Below are positions 30,481 through 41,200 of a stretch of 56,147 nucleotides of DNA, in pieces. Origin of the DNA: Bacteroidota bacterium. GTDB lineage: Bacteria; Bacteroidota; Bacteroidia; Flavobacteriales; Flavobacteriaceae. Under the pieces are notes generated by a model that searched no databases, was not told the DNA's origin, and saw only the letters and a list, made by a program, of their open reading frames with translations. Where the stretch lies: the NCBI GenBank assembly GCA_949528465.1, contig CATIMP010000007.1, positions 1 to 56,147 on the forward strand. The letters run 5' to 3'. How positions within the stretch are numbered: the stretch's first letter is position 1; each line of letters begins with the position of its first letter. A program made the position numbers and the translations under genes.

Positions 30481-32280
30481 ATGGAACAACGTCGTATAGA
30501 CCCTTTACAAATCATTGGCATGGTACTCGTCTTTGTCATTTTCACTTGGATGATGTACAATCAATCTGTTGAGGATTTGGCATTAGCTAACACCCAAGAA
30601 GAACAAACTTCAGAAGCAGTTACGGAATCCCAAAACCAAACATCAGAGCAAGCAATAGTTACTCCTGCAGAATTGCCTGCTACAAATGCGATTGCCGAAG
30701 AAACCATAACACTTCAAAATGATGTGCTTTCTATTGGAATTTCTTCCAAAGGCGGTAGTATGGAGCAAGTGCTACTAAACGGAGAAACGAATTATCAAGG
30801 TGCACCTTTATATCTGATTAATAAAGAAAATAACTCGCTTAACTTTGCTTTCACAACCGCTGCGGGACAGTTATTGCAAACCAAGTTTCTGATGTTTTCT
30901 CCAACCGTTACCAAAAACGATAACGGACAAGAATTACGTCTCCGTGCATCCATTGAGGAAAGTGGATATATTGAATTTGTATACACGCTTCCTACAAATG
31001 GATTTCGGTTTGGTTTTGAGGTAGTTGCTGAAGGTATCGAAAACGCTTTAGACACGGCAATTCCTGCTAACTTCTCGTGGAATATGGACGGTTTTCGTCA
31101 TGCTAAAAGTGCCCAATATGAAAACCGATATACGCAATTAGCATACCGCCACGAAAACGATAAATACAGTACGCTTTCTGCGTCGGGCGACGATGATGAA
31201 AACGAAAAAGCTGTGGAGTGGGTTTCCTACCGTCAACACTTTTTTAGCAGTATTCTGATTCCAGAACAACCTTTTGAGCAAGTAGTACTTAGTGCAACCG
31301 ATATGACTGACGAAGAGGTAGAAGCTTCTGCTTACCTCAAAGGTTTTTCTACAGAAACATCACTTCCTTATGACCGCAATCGTTTTCAAGCCAATTTTGA
31401 TTGGTATATGGGACCAACAGATTACGCCATTCTTAAAAATTACGATGAGAATTTGTTTGAAAGTATTTCGTTTGGTTGGGGACTTATTGGTTGGATAAAC
31501 CGATCGGTATTTTATCCGCTCTTTGGTTTTCTAACGGGAATCGTGCCACATGGAATTGCTATTATTTTACTTACGGTAATTGTGCGTTTGGTGTTGTCGC
31601 CTGTGTTGTATAAGTCCTATGTTTCACAAGCAAAAATGCGTGTGCTTAGACCAGAAATTACAGCAATAAACGAAAAGTATAAGAAGGATGCTACTAAGCG
31701 TCAACAGGAAACGATGAAACTATACACCAAAGCTGGTGCAAGTCCGCTTTCCGGGTGTATTCCTGCATTGATACAAATGCCTGTGTTCTTTGCACTGTTT
31801 TATTTTTTCCCTATTGCATCTGAGCTGAGAGGTAAATCATTTTTATGGGCAGATGACTTATCGTCTTATGACGTAATTGCCGAATTACCGTTTACGATTC
31901 CATTCTATGGCGACCATATCAGTTTATTCCCATTATTGGCCTCAGTTGCGATATTTTTCTACACAAGAATGACCACAGGTCAACAAATGCAACCTGCACA
32001 ACCGGGTATGCCTAATATGAAATTCATCATGTATTTGATGCCTGTGATGATGTTGTTTTTCTTTAATAATTACGCAAGTGGATTTAGTTTGTATTATGTT
32101 GTTTCTAACCTGTTGATGATTGCTATTATGGTAGTAGTTAAAAACGTGATTATTGATCAAGATAAAATCCATGCGCAGATTGAGGAGAACAAAAAGAAGC
32201 CAAAAAAGCAAAACCGCTTTCAGCGAAAAATGGCTGAAATGATGGAAGAAGCTGATCGTCAGAAAAAGCTTCGCAAATAA
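30481..32280 (+). CDS. yidC: Membrane protein insertase YidC (long form with periplasmic domain)
   Basis: 599 aa. N-terminal TM, a large periplasmic region, a C-terminal 60-kDa IMP core (PLSGCIPALIQMPVFFALF) and a basic tail. Confidence 0.93.
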   Translation: MEQRRIDPLQIIGMVLVFVIFTWMMYNQSVEDLALANTQEEQTSEAVTESQNQTSEQAIVTPAELPATNAIAEETITLQNDVLSIGISSKGGSMEQVLLNGETNYQGAPLYLINKENNSLNFAFTTAAGQLLQTKFLMFSPTVTKNDNGQELRLRASIEESGYIEFVYTLPTNGFRFGFEVVAEGIENALDTAIPANFSWNMDGFRHAKSAQYENRYTQLAYRHENDKYSTLSASGDDDENEKAVEWVSYRQHFFSSILIPEQPFEQVVLSATDMTDEEVEASAYLKGFSTETSLPYDRNRFQANFDWYMGPTDYAILKNYDENLFESISFGWGLIGWINRSVFYPLFGFLTGIVPHGIAIILLTVIVRLVLSPVLYKSYVSQAKMRVLRPEITAINEKYKKDATKRQQETMKLYTKAGASPLSGCIPALIQMPVFFALFYFFPIASELRGKSFLWADDLSSYDVIAELPFTIPFYGDHISLFPLLASVAIFFYTRMTTGQQMQPAQPGMPNMKFIMYLMPVMMLFFFNNYASGFSLYYVVSNLLMIAIMVVVKNVIIDQDKIHAQIEENKKKPKKQNRFQRKMAEMMEEADRQKKLRK

Positions 32281-32331
32281 TCCATTCTCAAACACTTCAT
32301 CACTAGTTTGGTAGAGCGGTATCAACCTGCT

Positions 32332-32339
32332 TAACTTTG
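32332..32339 (+). promoter_or_regulatory. -7 box TAACTTTG, 4 nt before the mnmA ATG
   Basis: Exact TAnnTTTG. ATG at 32344. Confidence 0.45.
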
Positions 32340-32343
32340 CGCT

Positions 32344-33513
32344 ATGCAAGGAAAACGTGTTATTGTCGGACTTTCTGGAGGCGTAGACTCTAGCGTTGCA
32401 GCTTATTTGTTGTTGCAACAGGGCTATGAGGTTATAGGCTTGTTTATGAAAAACTGGCATGATGATTCCGTAACCCTTTCCGATGAGTGTCCATGGTTAG
32501 AAGATAGTAACGACGCAATGCTTGTAGCGGACACACTTGGAATTCCGTTTCAAACTGTTGATTTAAGTGAGCAATACAAAACACGAATTGTGGATTATAT
32601 GTTTGCAGAATACCAACGCGGTCGCACACCAAATCCTGATGTTTTATGTAATCGTGAAATTAAATTCGATGTTTTTTTGGATATCGCTCTATCGTTGGGT
32701 GCAGATTTTGTTGCTACTGGACACTATTGTCAAAAAGGGGAAATCAAAACCTTAACGCATACCACCCACCAACTTATTGCTGGCGCTGATGCCAATAAAG
32801 ATCAGTCGTATTTTTTATGCCAACTTAATCAAGCGCAATTGGCCAAAACCTTATTTCCCATAGGCGGTTTACAAAAAAGCGAAGTACGTAAAATTGCAGC
32901 TGCACAAGGTTTGATTACCGCCGAAAAACGCGATTCTCAAGGACTTTGCTTTATTGGAAAGGTGAGTCTTCCCGATTTTTTACAACAAAAACTTGCCGTA
33001 AATAAAGGCGATATTGTTCTAGTACCCAACTCACACCCAATGTTCAGCGAACCACTTGAAAACACTCCCAAAGGATTAGCAAAAAAATTCGCTTACATCT
33101 CAACTGATGGTAAGATAGTTGGAAGGCATAACGGAGCTCATTTTTTTACAGTTGGACAACGCAAAGGTTTGGCTGTTGGAGGTACTGCAGAACCATTATT
33201 TGTATTGGCTACTGACGTTAAAACAAATACCATATATGTAGGCGAAGGAAAAAACCACCCCGGTTTATACCGCAGTGCGCTATGGATTGCTCAAGATGAT
33301 GTTCATTGGATACGCCCCGACTTAGCTACTGATCAGCCCATGGAAGTACAAGCGCGAATTCGTTATCGTCAGCCTTTGGTTAAGGCTACGCTGCATCCAT
33401 CCTCTGATGGTGCGTTCTTGGTTTTTAATGCACCTCAATCAGCGATTGCCGCAGGGCAATTTGCAGCGTGGTACATAGATAATGAATGCATTGGCTCTGG
33501 AGTAATTGGTTAG
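32344..33513 (+). CDS. mnmA: tRNA 2-thiouridine(34) synthase MnmA
   Basis: PP-loop [20 protein letters not shown], and the KDQSYFL motif. Confidence 0.95.
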   Translation: MQGKRVIVGLSGGVDSSVAAYLLLQQGYEVIGLFMKNWHDDSVTLSDECPWLEDSNDAMLVADTLGIPFQTVDLSEQYKTRIVDYMFAEYQRGRTPNPDVLCNREIKFDVFLDIALSLGADFVATGHYCQKGEIKTLTHTTHQLIAGADANKDQSYFLCQLNQAQLAKTLFPIGGLQKSEVRKIAAAQGLITAEKRDSQGLCFIGKVSLPDFLQQKLAVNKGDIVLVPNSHPMFSEPLENTPKGLAKKFAYISTDGKIVGRHNGAHFFTVGQRKGLAVGGTAEPLFVLATDVKTNTIYVGEGKNHPGLYRSALWIAQDDVHWIRPDLATDQPMEVQARIRYRQPLVKATLHPSSDGAFLVFNAPQSAIAAGQFAAWYIDNECIGSGVIG

Positions 33514-33527
33514 TTTATTCCTTACGT

Positions 33528-33535
33528 TATATTTG
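33528..33535 (+). promoter_or_regulatory. -7 box TATATTTG upstream of tatA
   Basis: Exact TAnnTTTG 57 nt before ATG 33593. Confidence 0.4.
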
Positions 33536-33592
33536 ATTTATTTCAAGTTCTGTTCATTATGCTAACTTCAAGTATTGCTGTATCTTCGTAGC

Positions 33593-33856
33593 ATGTTATA
33601 TTTTATAAGCGGAGCTGAGCTTGTTTTTGTATTTATGATAGTGCTATTGGTTTTTGGTGCTAATCGTGTTCCTGAAATTGCGCGTACTCTTGCCAAAGGA
33701 ATCCAGCATGTAAAAAACGCAAGTAGAGATTTTCGAGAAGAACTAGAAAAGTCCGCAGAGGCGCAAGGGTTAGACACCAAAGAAATCCAAAAGGAAGTGG
33801 ATGACCTTAAAAAAGAAATTAATGAAATTACAGGCACGGTTAAGCGCCGTCGCTAA
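33593..33856 (+). CDS. tatA: Twin-arginine translocase TatA/TatE family protein
   Basis: Short N-terminal TM then FG-hinge (VLLVFGANRVPEIARTLAKG) and a charged amphipathic tail. ATG 33575 is an alternative start. Confidence 0.78.
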   Translation: MLYFISGAELVFVFMIVLLVFGANRVPEIARTLAKGIQHVKNASRDFREELEKSAEAQGLDTKEIQKEVDDLKKEINEITGTVKRRR

Positions 33857-34488
33857 ATTTTTCGAATAAGCGTTAATCCATCTCTTACGGGCAACAAGAC
33901 GGTTTCTACACGTGTGTCTTCCACCATTTTCTTGTTAAATAGTTGTAGTGCTTGTGTGGCTTCGTCTGTGGCATTTGTAACTACTTTCCCAGACCACAGT
34001 ACATTATCTGCAATAATCAAACCGCCGGCTTGTATACGCTCTATTATCAAGTCAAAATAAAGTGGATATTGTTCTTTATCTGCATCTATAAAAACCAAAT
34101 CAAAGTTTCCATTCAATGTGAGGATAATTTCAGCTGCATTTCCCAAATGTTGAAAAATTTGTTTTCCATATCCAGAAGCATCAAAATAACGACGTTGCAT
34201 TTCCATTAATTCTTCGTCAACGTCAATGGTGTCTATGCGTCCGTTTGCATGTAATCCTTCAGCCATACAAAGCGCCGAATAGCCTGTGAACGTGCCAATT
34301 TCTAAAATGTGTTTAGGCGTAATTAGTTTGGAAATAAGAGATAACAATCGCCCTTGGTAAGCCCCGCTCAGCATTCTTGGTTGTAAAACTTTAAGGTGTG
34401 TTTCTCGTCCCAATTCTTGCAATAACTCCGGCTCTTGCTCTGAGTGTTGCTGCACGTATGCTTCTAAGTTTTCAGCTAAAAAATTCAT
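33853..34488 (-). CDS. Class I SAM-dependent O-methyltransferase (caffeoyl-CoA OMT-like)
   Basis: ILEIGTFTGYSAL SAM motif and FIDADKEQY. Confidence 0.85.
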   Translation of the reverse strand: MNFLAENLEAYVQQHSEQEPELLQELGRETHLKVLQPRMLSGAYQGRLLSLISKLITPKHILEIGTFTGYSALCMAEGLHANGRIDTIDVDEELMEMQRRYFDASGYGKQIFQHLGNAAEIILTLNGNFDLVFIDADKEQYPLYFDLIIERIQAGGLIIADNVLWSGKVVTNATDEATQALQLFNKKMVEDTRVETVLLPVRDGLTLIRKI

Positions 34489-35108
34489 ATATTTTTGGGT
34501 CTTGCATAAGGGTATCGCTCAATGAGTTCTGTTTTAGCATAACCATCCAAACCATTGATTGTTACCGTATCGGCGTTTTGAAGTTTTAGCCAACCGTCTT
34601 CTTCCTGAATAGTTTCATCTGCAACATATACATGCTCAATTTGACTTACAAGCAATAGCGTGTCATTCTCTTTAATTTCGTATTCGTTTAAAAACCTACA
34701 TCCTAATCTTATTTTTGCTCCTTTGACATAAGGGGCATAAAAATCTTCTAAATATTCTTCTTCCAGTTGTGTTTGTGAAAACTCCGAAATCTCGGTAGGA
34801 TATTTTGCTGAAGTATGATGCGCGTCTTCAATAATAGCGCTATGAATATGATTAGCAGTAAAGTAGCCCGTTTCTTTAATATTTCGATAGGTGTCGCGCG
34901 GAACTGTAGTTGGACGTAAAACAAAGCCAATAAGCGGCGGATTACTTCCTAAGTGTGTGATGCTGCTAAAGACCGCCACGTTGGGTGCGCCGTTTATGGA
35001 TTTTGTCCCTAATAAATTTGCTGATTTGAATCCTGTACAACTGTTGATTAGGTTAAGGCGGAAAATTTTATCCATTTGGTCAATATCCGCACGCGTATAA
35101 TGTATCAT
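34485..35108 (-). CDS. Flavin reductase-like (FMN-binding split-barrel) family protein
   Basis: 207 aa. Family-like N-terminal half. ATGA overlap with the downstream methyltransferase. Confidence 0.75.
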   Translation of the reverse strand: MIHYTRADIDQMDKIFRLNLINSCTGFKSANLLGTKSINGAPNVAVFSSITHLGSNPPLIGFVLRPTTVPRDTYRNIKETGYFTANHIHSAIIEDAHHTSAKYPTEISEFSQTQLEEEYLEDFYAPYVKGAKIRLGCRFLNEYEIKENDTLLLVSQIEHVYVADETIQEEDGWLKLQNADTVTINGLDGYAKTELIERYPYARPKNI

Positions 35109-35145
35109 TAGCTTTTTTACAAATTTACGGAATAAATGAATTCAT

Positions 35146-35153
35146 TACTTTTG
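35146..35153 (+). promoter_or_regulatory. -7 box TACTTTTG, 7 nt before the mature tRNA-Val 5' end
   Basis: Exact TAnnTTTG immediately upstream of the tRNA. Confidence 0.55.
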
Positions 35154-35160
35154 CACTCTT

Positions 35161-35235
35161 GGGTCATTAACTCAGTTGGTTCAGAGTGTCGCCTTGACAG
35201 GGCGGAAGTCATTGGTTCGAATCCAATATGACCCA
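35161..35235 (+). tRNA. tRNA-Val (anticodon GAC)
   Basis: Hand-folded cloverleaf of 75 nt. Acceptor GGGTCAT/ATGACCC, D stem ACTC/GAGT, anticodon stem TCGCC/GGCGG with loop TTGACAG, T arm ATTGG-TTCGAAT-CCAAT, discriminator A. CCA is not encoded. Confidence 0.93.
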
Positions 35236-35241
35236 CTTTTT

Positions 35242-36495
35242 CTAAATAATCGGTAACAGGTTTTCCAGCCTTACACTTCTTGATCCTTTAACCAAAATTT
35301 CATCGGCATTAATGGGGTTGGTTTTTAGGTGCATTGCAAGGTCTTCGGTTGTTTCAAACCAGTTTGCGTCAACAAAAGGTTTATAGGGATCGCCAACCCA
35401 GTAGCAATAGTCAATACCCACGGTTTCTACAAGATTTACAAGTACCTGATGTTCTTTTGCTTCATGTGTCCCAAGTTCTCCCATAGTTCCTAAAATAACA
35501 GCTTTTTTTCCTGTTCTTTTACTAAAGGAAATCACGGCGGCATGCATACTTGTTGGGTTCGCGTTGTAGGCGTCAAGCACTATGCTTTTATTGTTTTTTT
35601 GGACCAGTTGTGAACGATGATTCACAGGAGTATAATCCGAAATAGCAGCTGCACTTTGTTCTACGGAAACCCCAAAAGTACTTCCCACACAAACAGCTGC
35701 AGCAATGTTAGTTCTATTGTAACTACCAGCTAATTGAGTATTTATTTTAATATTATTAAATGATAATTCGAGTGTTGGGTGGTTTTTATGTATTATAAAA
35801 TCAGATGGAGTATAAGCGATACTTAAATTCTTCCCAAGCGAATTTACTAGCTTAGAATTTTCTTGATTTACAAAAACAACCCCATCGTTTTTTTCCAAAA
35901 ACCTATAAAGTTCTGTTTTTCCTTGCAGTACTCCTTCCTCAGAACCAAATCCTTCGAGATGGGCTTTTCCTATGTTTGTAATTAGCCCATGCGTAGGTTG
36001 TGTAATGCGGCACAAAAAATCAATTTCTTTCAAATGATTAGCGCCCATTTCAATAATCGCATGGGTGTGCGCTTGCGTTAATTGAAGCAGGGTTAGTGGA
36101 ACGCCAATATGGTTGTTCAGATTTCCTTCTGTTGCCAATACGCAATGCGATGTGCTAAGCACGGCAGTAAGAAGCTCTTTGGTAGTGGTTTTTCCGTTAC
36201 TTCCAGTAAGTGCAATGACGGGAATATCAAATTGATTTCTATGATGATTTGCGAGTGACTGGAGTGTTTGTAATACGTCATCAACCAAAAAACATTTTGG
36301 ATTTGCTGCTATTTCGGTGTTGTCTACGATAGCTGCTTTGGCTCCTTTTTTGATGGCACTTAAAGCATATGAGTTTCCATCAAAGTTTTCCCCTTTGAGT
36401 GCAAAAAAGAGTTTGTTATCAAGGGATTTTCGGCTATCGGTTTCTACACCCGATGACGTTAAGAAAAGCGCGTAAACGTCTTGAAACGAGACCAT
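35242..36495 (-). CDS. murF: UDP-N-acetylmuramoyl-tripeptide--D-alanyl-D-alanine ligase
   Basis: 417 aa. Mur ligase P-loop TGSNGKTTTKE and C-terminal DAYNANP. Confidence 0.92.
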   Translation of the reverse strand: MVSFQDVYALFLTSSGVETDSRKSLDNKLFFALKGENFDGNSYALSAIKKGAKAAIVDNTEIAANPKCFLVDDVLQTLQSLANHHRNQFDIPVIALTGSNGKTTTKELLTAVLSTSHCVLATEGNLNNHIGVPLTLLQLTQAHTHAIIEMGANHLKEIDFLCRITQPTHGLITNIGKAHLEGFGSEEGVLQGKTELYRFLEKNDGVVFVNQENSKLVNSLGKNLSIAYTPSDFIIHKNHPTLELSFNNIKINTQLAGSYNRTNIAAAVCVGSTFGVSVEQSAAAISDYTPVNHRSQLVQKNNKSIVLDAYNANPTSMHAAVISFSKRTGKKAVILGTMGELGTHEAKEHQVLVNLVETVGIDYCYWVGDPYKPFVDANWFETTEDLAMHLKTNPINADEILVKGSRSVRLENLLPII

Positions 36496-36497
36496 TG

Positions 36498-38093
36498 TTA
36501 GTCGCGCGGACGTTTTTTTACTTTGTTTTCACCGAGGTAAGACATGGCACATCTAAAGCCAATAAAATCAGCAGCCATAAACTCTGGTAAATAGCGTCTT
36601 TGTGCTGGGTCTAACCAATACGAACGATCTTTCCAAGAACCACCTTTCACGACACGTGTTTGATCTGAAATCAGTGATTTAACATCTCCTTTATTTGCAA
36701 CAACACTGCCTTTTTTGTCTACAGCAAACTTATACATGTTTTTATCTGTAGGATTAGATTGATTGTCACCATCCATAAAATCACTGTTGTAAGCTTTATC
36801 AAAGTTTGGTCTCAATTGCGCATCTGTCGCATCAATTTCTGTAAACTTAATTTCCCCCGGAAGTGCTTTTATGTATAGTTTGTTATTTGGCATAGTGTCT
36901 AATTCCACCTCGTCTATAATAACTGTTTTACCATCTGGACCAATTGCTGGTTTTGCATAGAGGTTTCCTCTGTAGTAACTCATATCTGAAATGTCATTAT
37001 TCACAATTGGGCGATATACATCCGCAACCCATTCAGCAACATTTCCTGCCATACCATATAGTCCAAAGTCATTTGGAGGGAATGCACGTACGGGTGCTGT
37101 AATGTCCGCATTATCTGAAGACCAGCCCGAAATTCCGCTATAATCTCCTTTTCCTTGCTTGAAATTTGCCAATTGGTCTCCTTCACTTTTACGCTCATTC
37201 GATCGTGTTGAAGCACCAGACCAAGGATATTTTTTCTTTCCGCGATAGCTATTGTATTCGCGTAGTTCGGATAAACCCAAAGCTGCATATTCCCATTCCG
37301 CCTCTGTTGGAAGCCTATATTCAGGGAGTAACAACCCATCTTTTCGTTTAACAAAATTTAATGCAGAAGAATCGACCTCTCTACTTCTAGGTTGCGCATT
37401 TTGTCCTGCCTTGTCTTCAAATGCTCCGCCATATACTTTACCTGGAGCTTGCAAATATGTTTGGGTATTAAATTCACTGCCTGGTGAGATACTGTCAATT
37501 TGTAGACTAACGCCTCTTTCAATATATCCTTCACGTTCCAAAAGGCGTTCGTTTACACGCTCAGTTCGCCACTTGGCATAGTTTGTAGCTTGCTGCCATG
37601 TAACGCCAACAACTGGATAATCTCTAAATGCAGGATGACGCAAATAGTTGTTTACCATATCTTCATTAAAACCTAAAGGACTTCGCCAAACCATAGTGTC
37701 TGGAATAGCAGCTAAATATACATTTCGGAAGTTTCCACCAGCTTTTTTGTAGACACGCTCTAACCAATCTAAATATTCAATATACATAAGATTCGTAACC
37801 TCGGTCTCGTCCATAAAAAACGACCTAACTTGTACACGAACAGGAGCGTTATTCCAATCGCGCATAACGTCATCTTGTACCCTTCCTTTAACAAAAGTCC
37901 CACCGGGAATAAATAGTAATCCAGGACCAGCTTCTTGTCCTTTATAGTTTGTTTTGTATTGAAAGCCACCTCTGACAGAATTTATTTCAAGACCTGTACC
38001 TTGAGATACATTTGAACTACGCTTATTAAATATACAACCTGATAAGATAGCCGCAATAAATAACGAAATCAATAAATTTAAATGTTTTTTCAT
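36498..38093 (-). CDS. gldJ: Gliding motility / T9SS-associated lipoprotein GldJ (FGE-sulfatase fold)
   Basis: Lipobox LSGC. Close resemblance to GldJ as I recall it (GGFQYKTNYKGQE...FMDETEVTN...YLRHPAFRDYPVVGVTW). Conserved murF-gldJ-porU-porV neighbourhood. Start set at ATG 38093. Confidence 0.88.
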   Translation of the reverse strand: MKKHLNLLISLFIAAILSGCIFNKRSSNVSQGTGLEINSVRGGFQYKTNYKGQEAGPGLLFIPGGTFVKGRVQDDVMRDWNNAPVRVQVRSFFMDETEVTNLMYIEYLDWLERVYKKAGGNFRNVYLAAIPDTMVWRSPLGFNEDMVNNYLRHPAFRDYPVVGVTWQQATNYAKWRTERVNERLLEREGYIERGVSLQIDSISPGSEFNTQTYLQAPGKVYGGAFEDKAGQNAQPRSREVDSSALNFVKRKDGLLLPEYRLPTEAEWEYAALGLSELREYNSYRGKKKYPWSGASTRSNERKSEGDQLANFKQGKGDYSGISGWSSDNADITAPVRAFPPNDFGLYGMAGNVAEWVADVYRPIVNNDISDMSYYRGNLYAKPAIGPDGKTVIIDEVELDTMPNNKLYIKALPGEIKFTEIDATDAQLRPNFDKAYNSDFMDGDNQSNPTDKNMYKFAVDKKGSVVANKGDVKSLISDQTRVVKGGSWKDRSYWLDPAQRRYLPEFMAADFIGFRCAMSYLGENKVKKRPRD

Positions 38094-38219
38094 TTGTAAT
38101 TTTCGAATCATAACAAAGGTGCAATATACGAATAAATCATGCGTATTGTTATTTACTTAACGCACGTAGTTTAAAAATAGTATATCAAACCCTAAATACG
38201 AATAACAACTTAACATCGT

Positions 38220-38227
38220 TATATTTG
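38220..38227 (+). promoter_or_regulatory. -7 box TATATTTG, 3 nt before the first porU ATG
   Basis: Exact TAnnTTTG. ATG at 38231, with a second ATG at 38237. Confidence 0.5.
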
Positions 38228-38230
38228 TAT

Positions 38231-41200
38231 ATGCCAATGAAGCACCTCAAATTTTTTGTGTCGATTTTCAGCCTATTTTGTGTGGCTATGACTGCGCAAA
38301 CAGTTGTTACGCATCCTTTTCTTGACGATTCGAATACTTCTTGGCATCGTTTTTCAGTTGAAGAAACAGGTGTTCAGAAATTGGATAAAAACTTTTTGAG
38401 GCAATTGGGTATTCCCGTAGATACGGTAGACCCAAAAACGCTCCGTGTTTTTGGACGGGGTGGTCAAATGCTGCCATTAAAAATTGCCAACGAAGTAGAA
38501 ACGCTTTACGAAAATGCACTTTGGGTTGAAGGCGAAGAAGACGGTTCTTTTGATGAAGCAGATTATATTTTGTTTATGGGCTTTGCAAACGATACTTGGA
38601 ATGCTGAAAGTCAAACATTTAAAAACTTGTATCACAATGAAGCCGTGTACTATATTTCACATGGAACTTCTCCCGGGAAACGAGTTTTAAGAGTAGAAGG
38701 TAATGCGCTTGTTTCTGAAAATGCGGTACAGTCTGGAATTTATCAAACGGTAATTGAAGAAGATAATTACAATATTGGTTCACTTGGTCGCCGTTGGTTT
38801 GGTGAACGTTTTAGTGATCAACAAAAAGAAACCTACACCTTGTCCACCCCAAATGTGATGCCAGAAACAATGATTGACATTGTGGCACGTGTGGCTGTTG
38901 CGGCAACTTCGAATACTTCTTTTACGTTTGCTTCAGGTTCAAAAACCAAAAACCAAGTTGTATCACCTACCAGCAGTACTACTGTAGGTAACGAGCCTGT
39001 CGTACGATTTAATAATATTTCAGGCATGATTCATTTAGAGCTTGAAGCTACTAATGAAGTTGCTGCTGAATTATCTTATGACGCAAATGGAGATTTTAGT
39101 TCCAATGGGTATTTGGATTTTATTTTAGCTCAATACAATAGAAAACTTTTAGGCTCAGGGACAAGTTTCTTGTTTTCTCTTGATCCTTCAACAGATATGC
39201 AGGAATTGGTTATTACTGATGCAACTCCAGAAACTGCGTTATGGGAATTAAATAGCGACGTTGTGCATACGCCACCCGTAGACGCACCAACTTTTGGTGT
39301 AGATGTTTTGGTTGATAATGATGCGAAATTTATGTTGAGTTCAGCTTATAAAACACCAATATATGCACGAAGTTCGCGGACATTTTCCCCAAAATCATTT
39401 TTAGCAGAAATTTTAGATTTACCCCCAACCACCTATTTGCTTATTACTGCTGAGGCATATAGAGCGGAAGCGCAGCGATTAGTCACGCACAGAATAGAAA
39501 ATCGGGGATTGCAAGCTCATTTAGTTACTCTTGAAGAAATTTACGAAGCCTTTTCTACAGGGCAGCAGGACATTGCTGCCATTCGGAATTTTGTACGCTA
39601 CCTTTATGCTGCGCAAGGAAAACAACTCAAATACTTGTGTTTGTTTGGGGACACAAGCTTTGATTATCAAAAACGCTCCCGTGGAAACGACATGATCGTA
39701 CCTACCTTTCACGCGCTAAATAGTTTTTCGCTAACAAACTCTTATATGTCGGACGATTTTTTTACGATGATGGACAGCGGGGAGGGACTTTTAAATTCAA
39801 TGGATGTAATGGATTTGGCAGTTGGGCGCATGGTTTTTTCAAACCAAACCCAAGCTGCAGTTGTTGTGGATAAAGTAATCGCATATGAAGCCCCAGAAAA
39901 CAAAGGAAGTTGGAACAATAGCTTCACATTAATGTCCGATGATGTTGATAAAGATTGGGAATATGTCATTCAAGAAAAATTAGATTTATTAGGGGATGAG
40001 TTACAACGAAACAAGCCTTTTCTAAACATTACAAAACTACACTCCGATGCGTTTGCACAAGTGGCGTCTGCGGGGGGTGACAGGTACCCCAGCGTAGAAG
40101 TGGCTTTGGAAAATAGATTGTCGCAAGGAACCTTGGTTGTGAACTATTTTGGTCATGGAGGTGAAAATGGACTTGCAAATGAATTTTTGGTAGATAACGA
40201 TATGGCAGCTACGGTTTTTCACCCAGGGAAATATCCACTTTTTATCACATCTACTTGTGAATTTTCGCGTTTCGACAATCACGATAGACAAACCGCAGGT
40301 GAACTAATTTATCAAAACCCAACTGGTGGAGCAGTAAGCCTTATTTCCACTACCCGTCAAATTTATGTTACGAATGGTATTAGCTATAATAATATTCTTT
40401 CAAAGCATCTATTTTCTTTTGGCAGCGAAGAGTACACTAGCGTAGCTGAAGCATTGCGTAAAGCTAAAGGCGAGTTTTCCGATAGCAATCAAAAGCGTAT
40501 CATATTTTATATTGGCGATCCAGCTTTAAAACTTCATATCCCAAAGCGAGAAATTCAAATCACGCATATAAATGGCATTGATATAGATGCCGCAACAGAT
40601 GAGCAACTTCAGTTAAAAGCACTTAAAAATATTACACTTGATGGTGTTGTTGTTGACGCTTCTGGTACGCCACTAAATTCGTTTAATGGAACGGTAACCT
40701 TGCAGATTTTTGACAAAGAAGTACAGCGCACTACACTAGGAAACGATGGGCATGAAAAAATGGTTTTCACCACTTTGGGGAAGCAAATTTTTCAGGGTTT
40801 ATCTACTGTCAAAGACGGAAAATTTAAATCCACTTTTGTGGTGCCAAAAGACATTGATTTAGCAAAAGATATTGATTTAGCACTTGGCAACGCACGTGTG
40901 ACCATGATTGCTTTTAATGAGGATAAAAGTGAATCTTTAGGTGGACATACTGATAAATTGACCATTGGCGGATTAAATACTTCAGCACCTCAAGACAATA
41001 ATGGTCCTGATATTGACGTGTATTTAAACGATAGGAATTTTGTTGATGGAGATCGTGTTTTTGATAGCCCTATGCTTATTATTGACTTGGCTGATGAAAA
41101 CGGTATCAACACCACAGGTGGAATTGGACACGATATAACAGCTGTTTTGGATGATAATCAAACTAACCCGCTTGTACTTAACGCATTTTATTCAACGACA

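Noticed and set aside
31942-32460. 172-aa minus-strand ORF spanning the yidC 3' end, the spacer and the mnmA 5' end
   Set aside because: It is fully antisense to two strongly supported genes. The sequence is low-complexity, with no motif and no promoter box. It looks like a chance open frame.
35109-35241. tRNA-Val as an integration site for a genomic island
   Set aside because: The flanking genes are housekeeping (a flavin reductase-like gene and murF). There is no integrase, and I noticed no duplicated tRNA 3' segment nearby. The tRNA is simply wedged, on the opposite strand, 6 nt from the murF stop.
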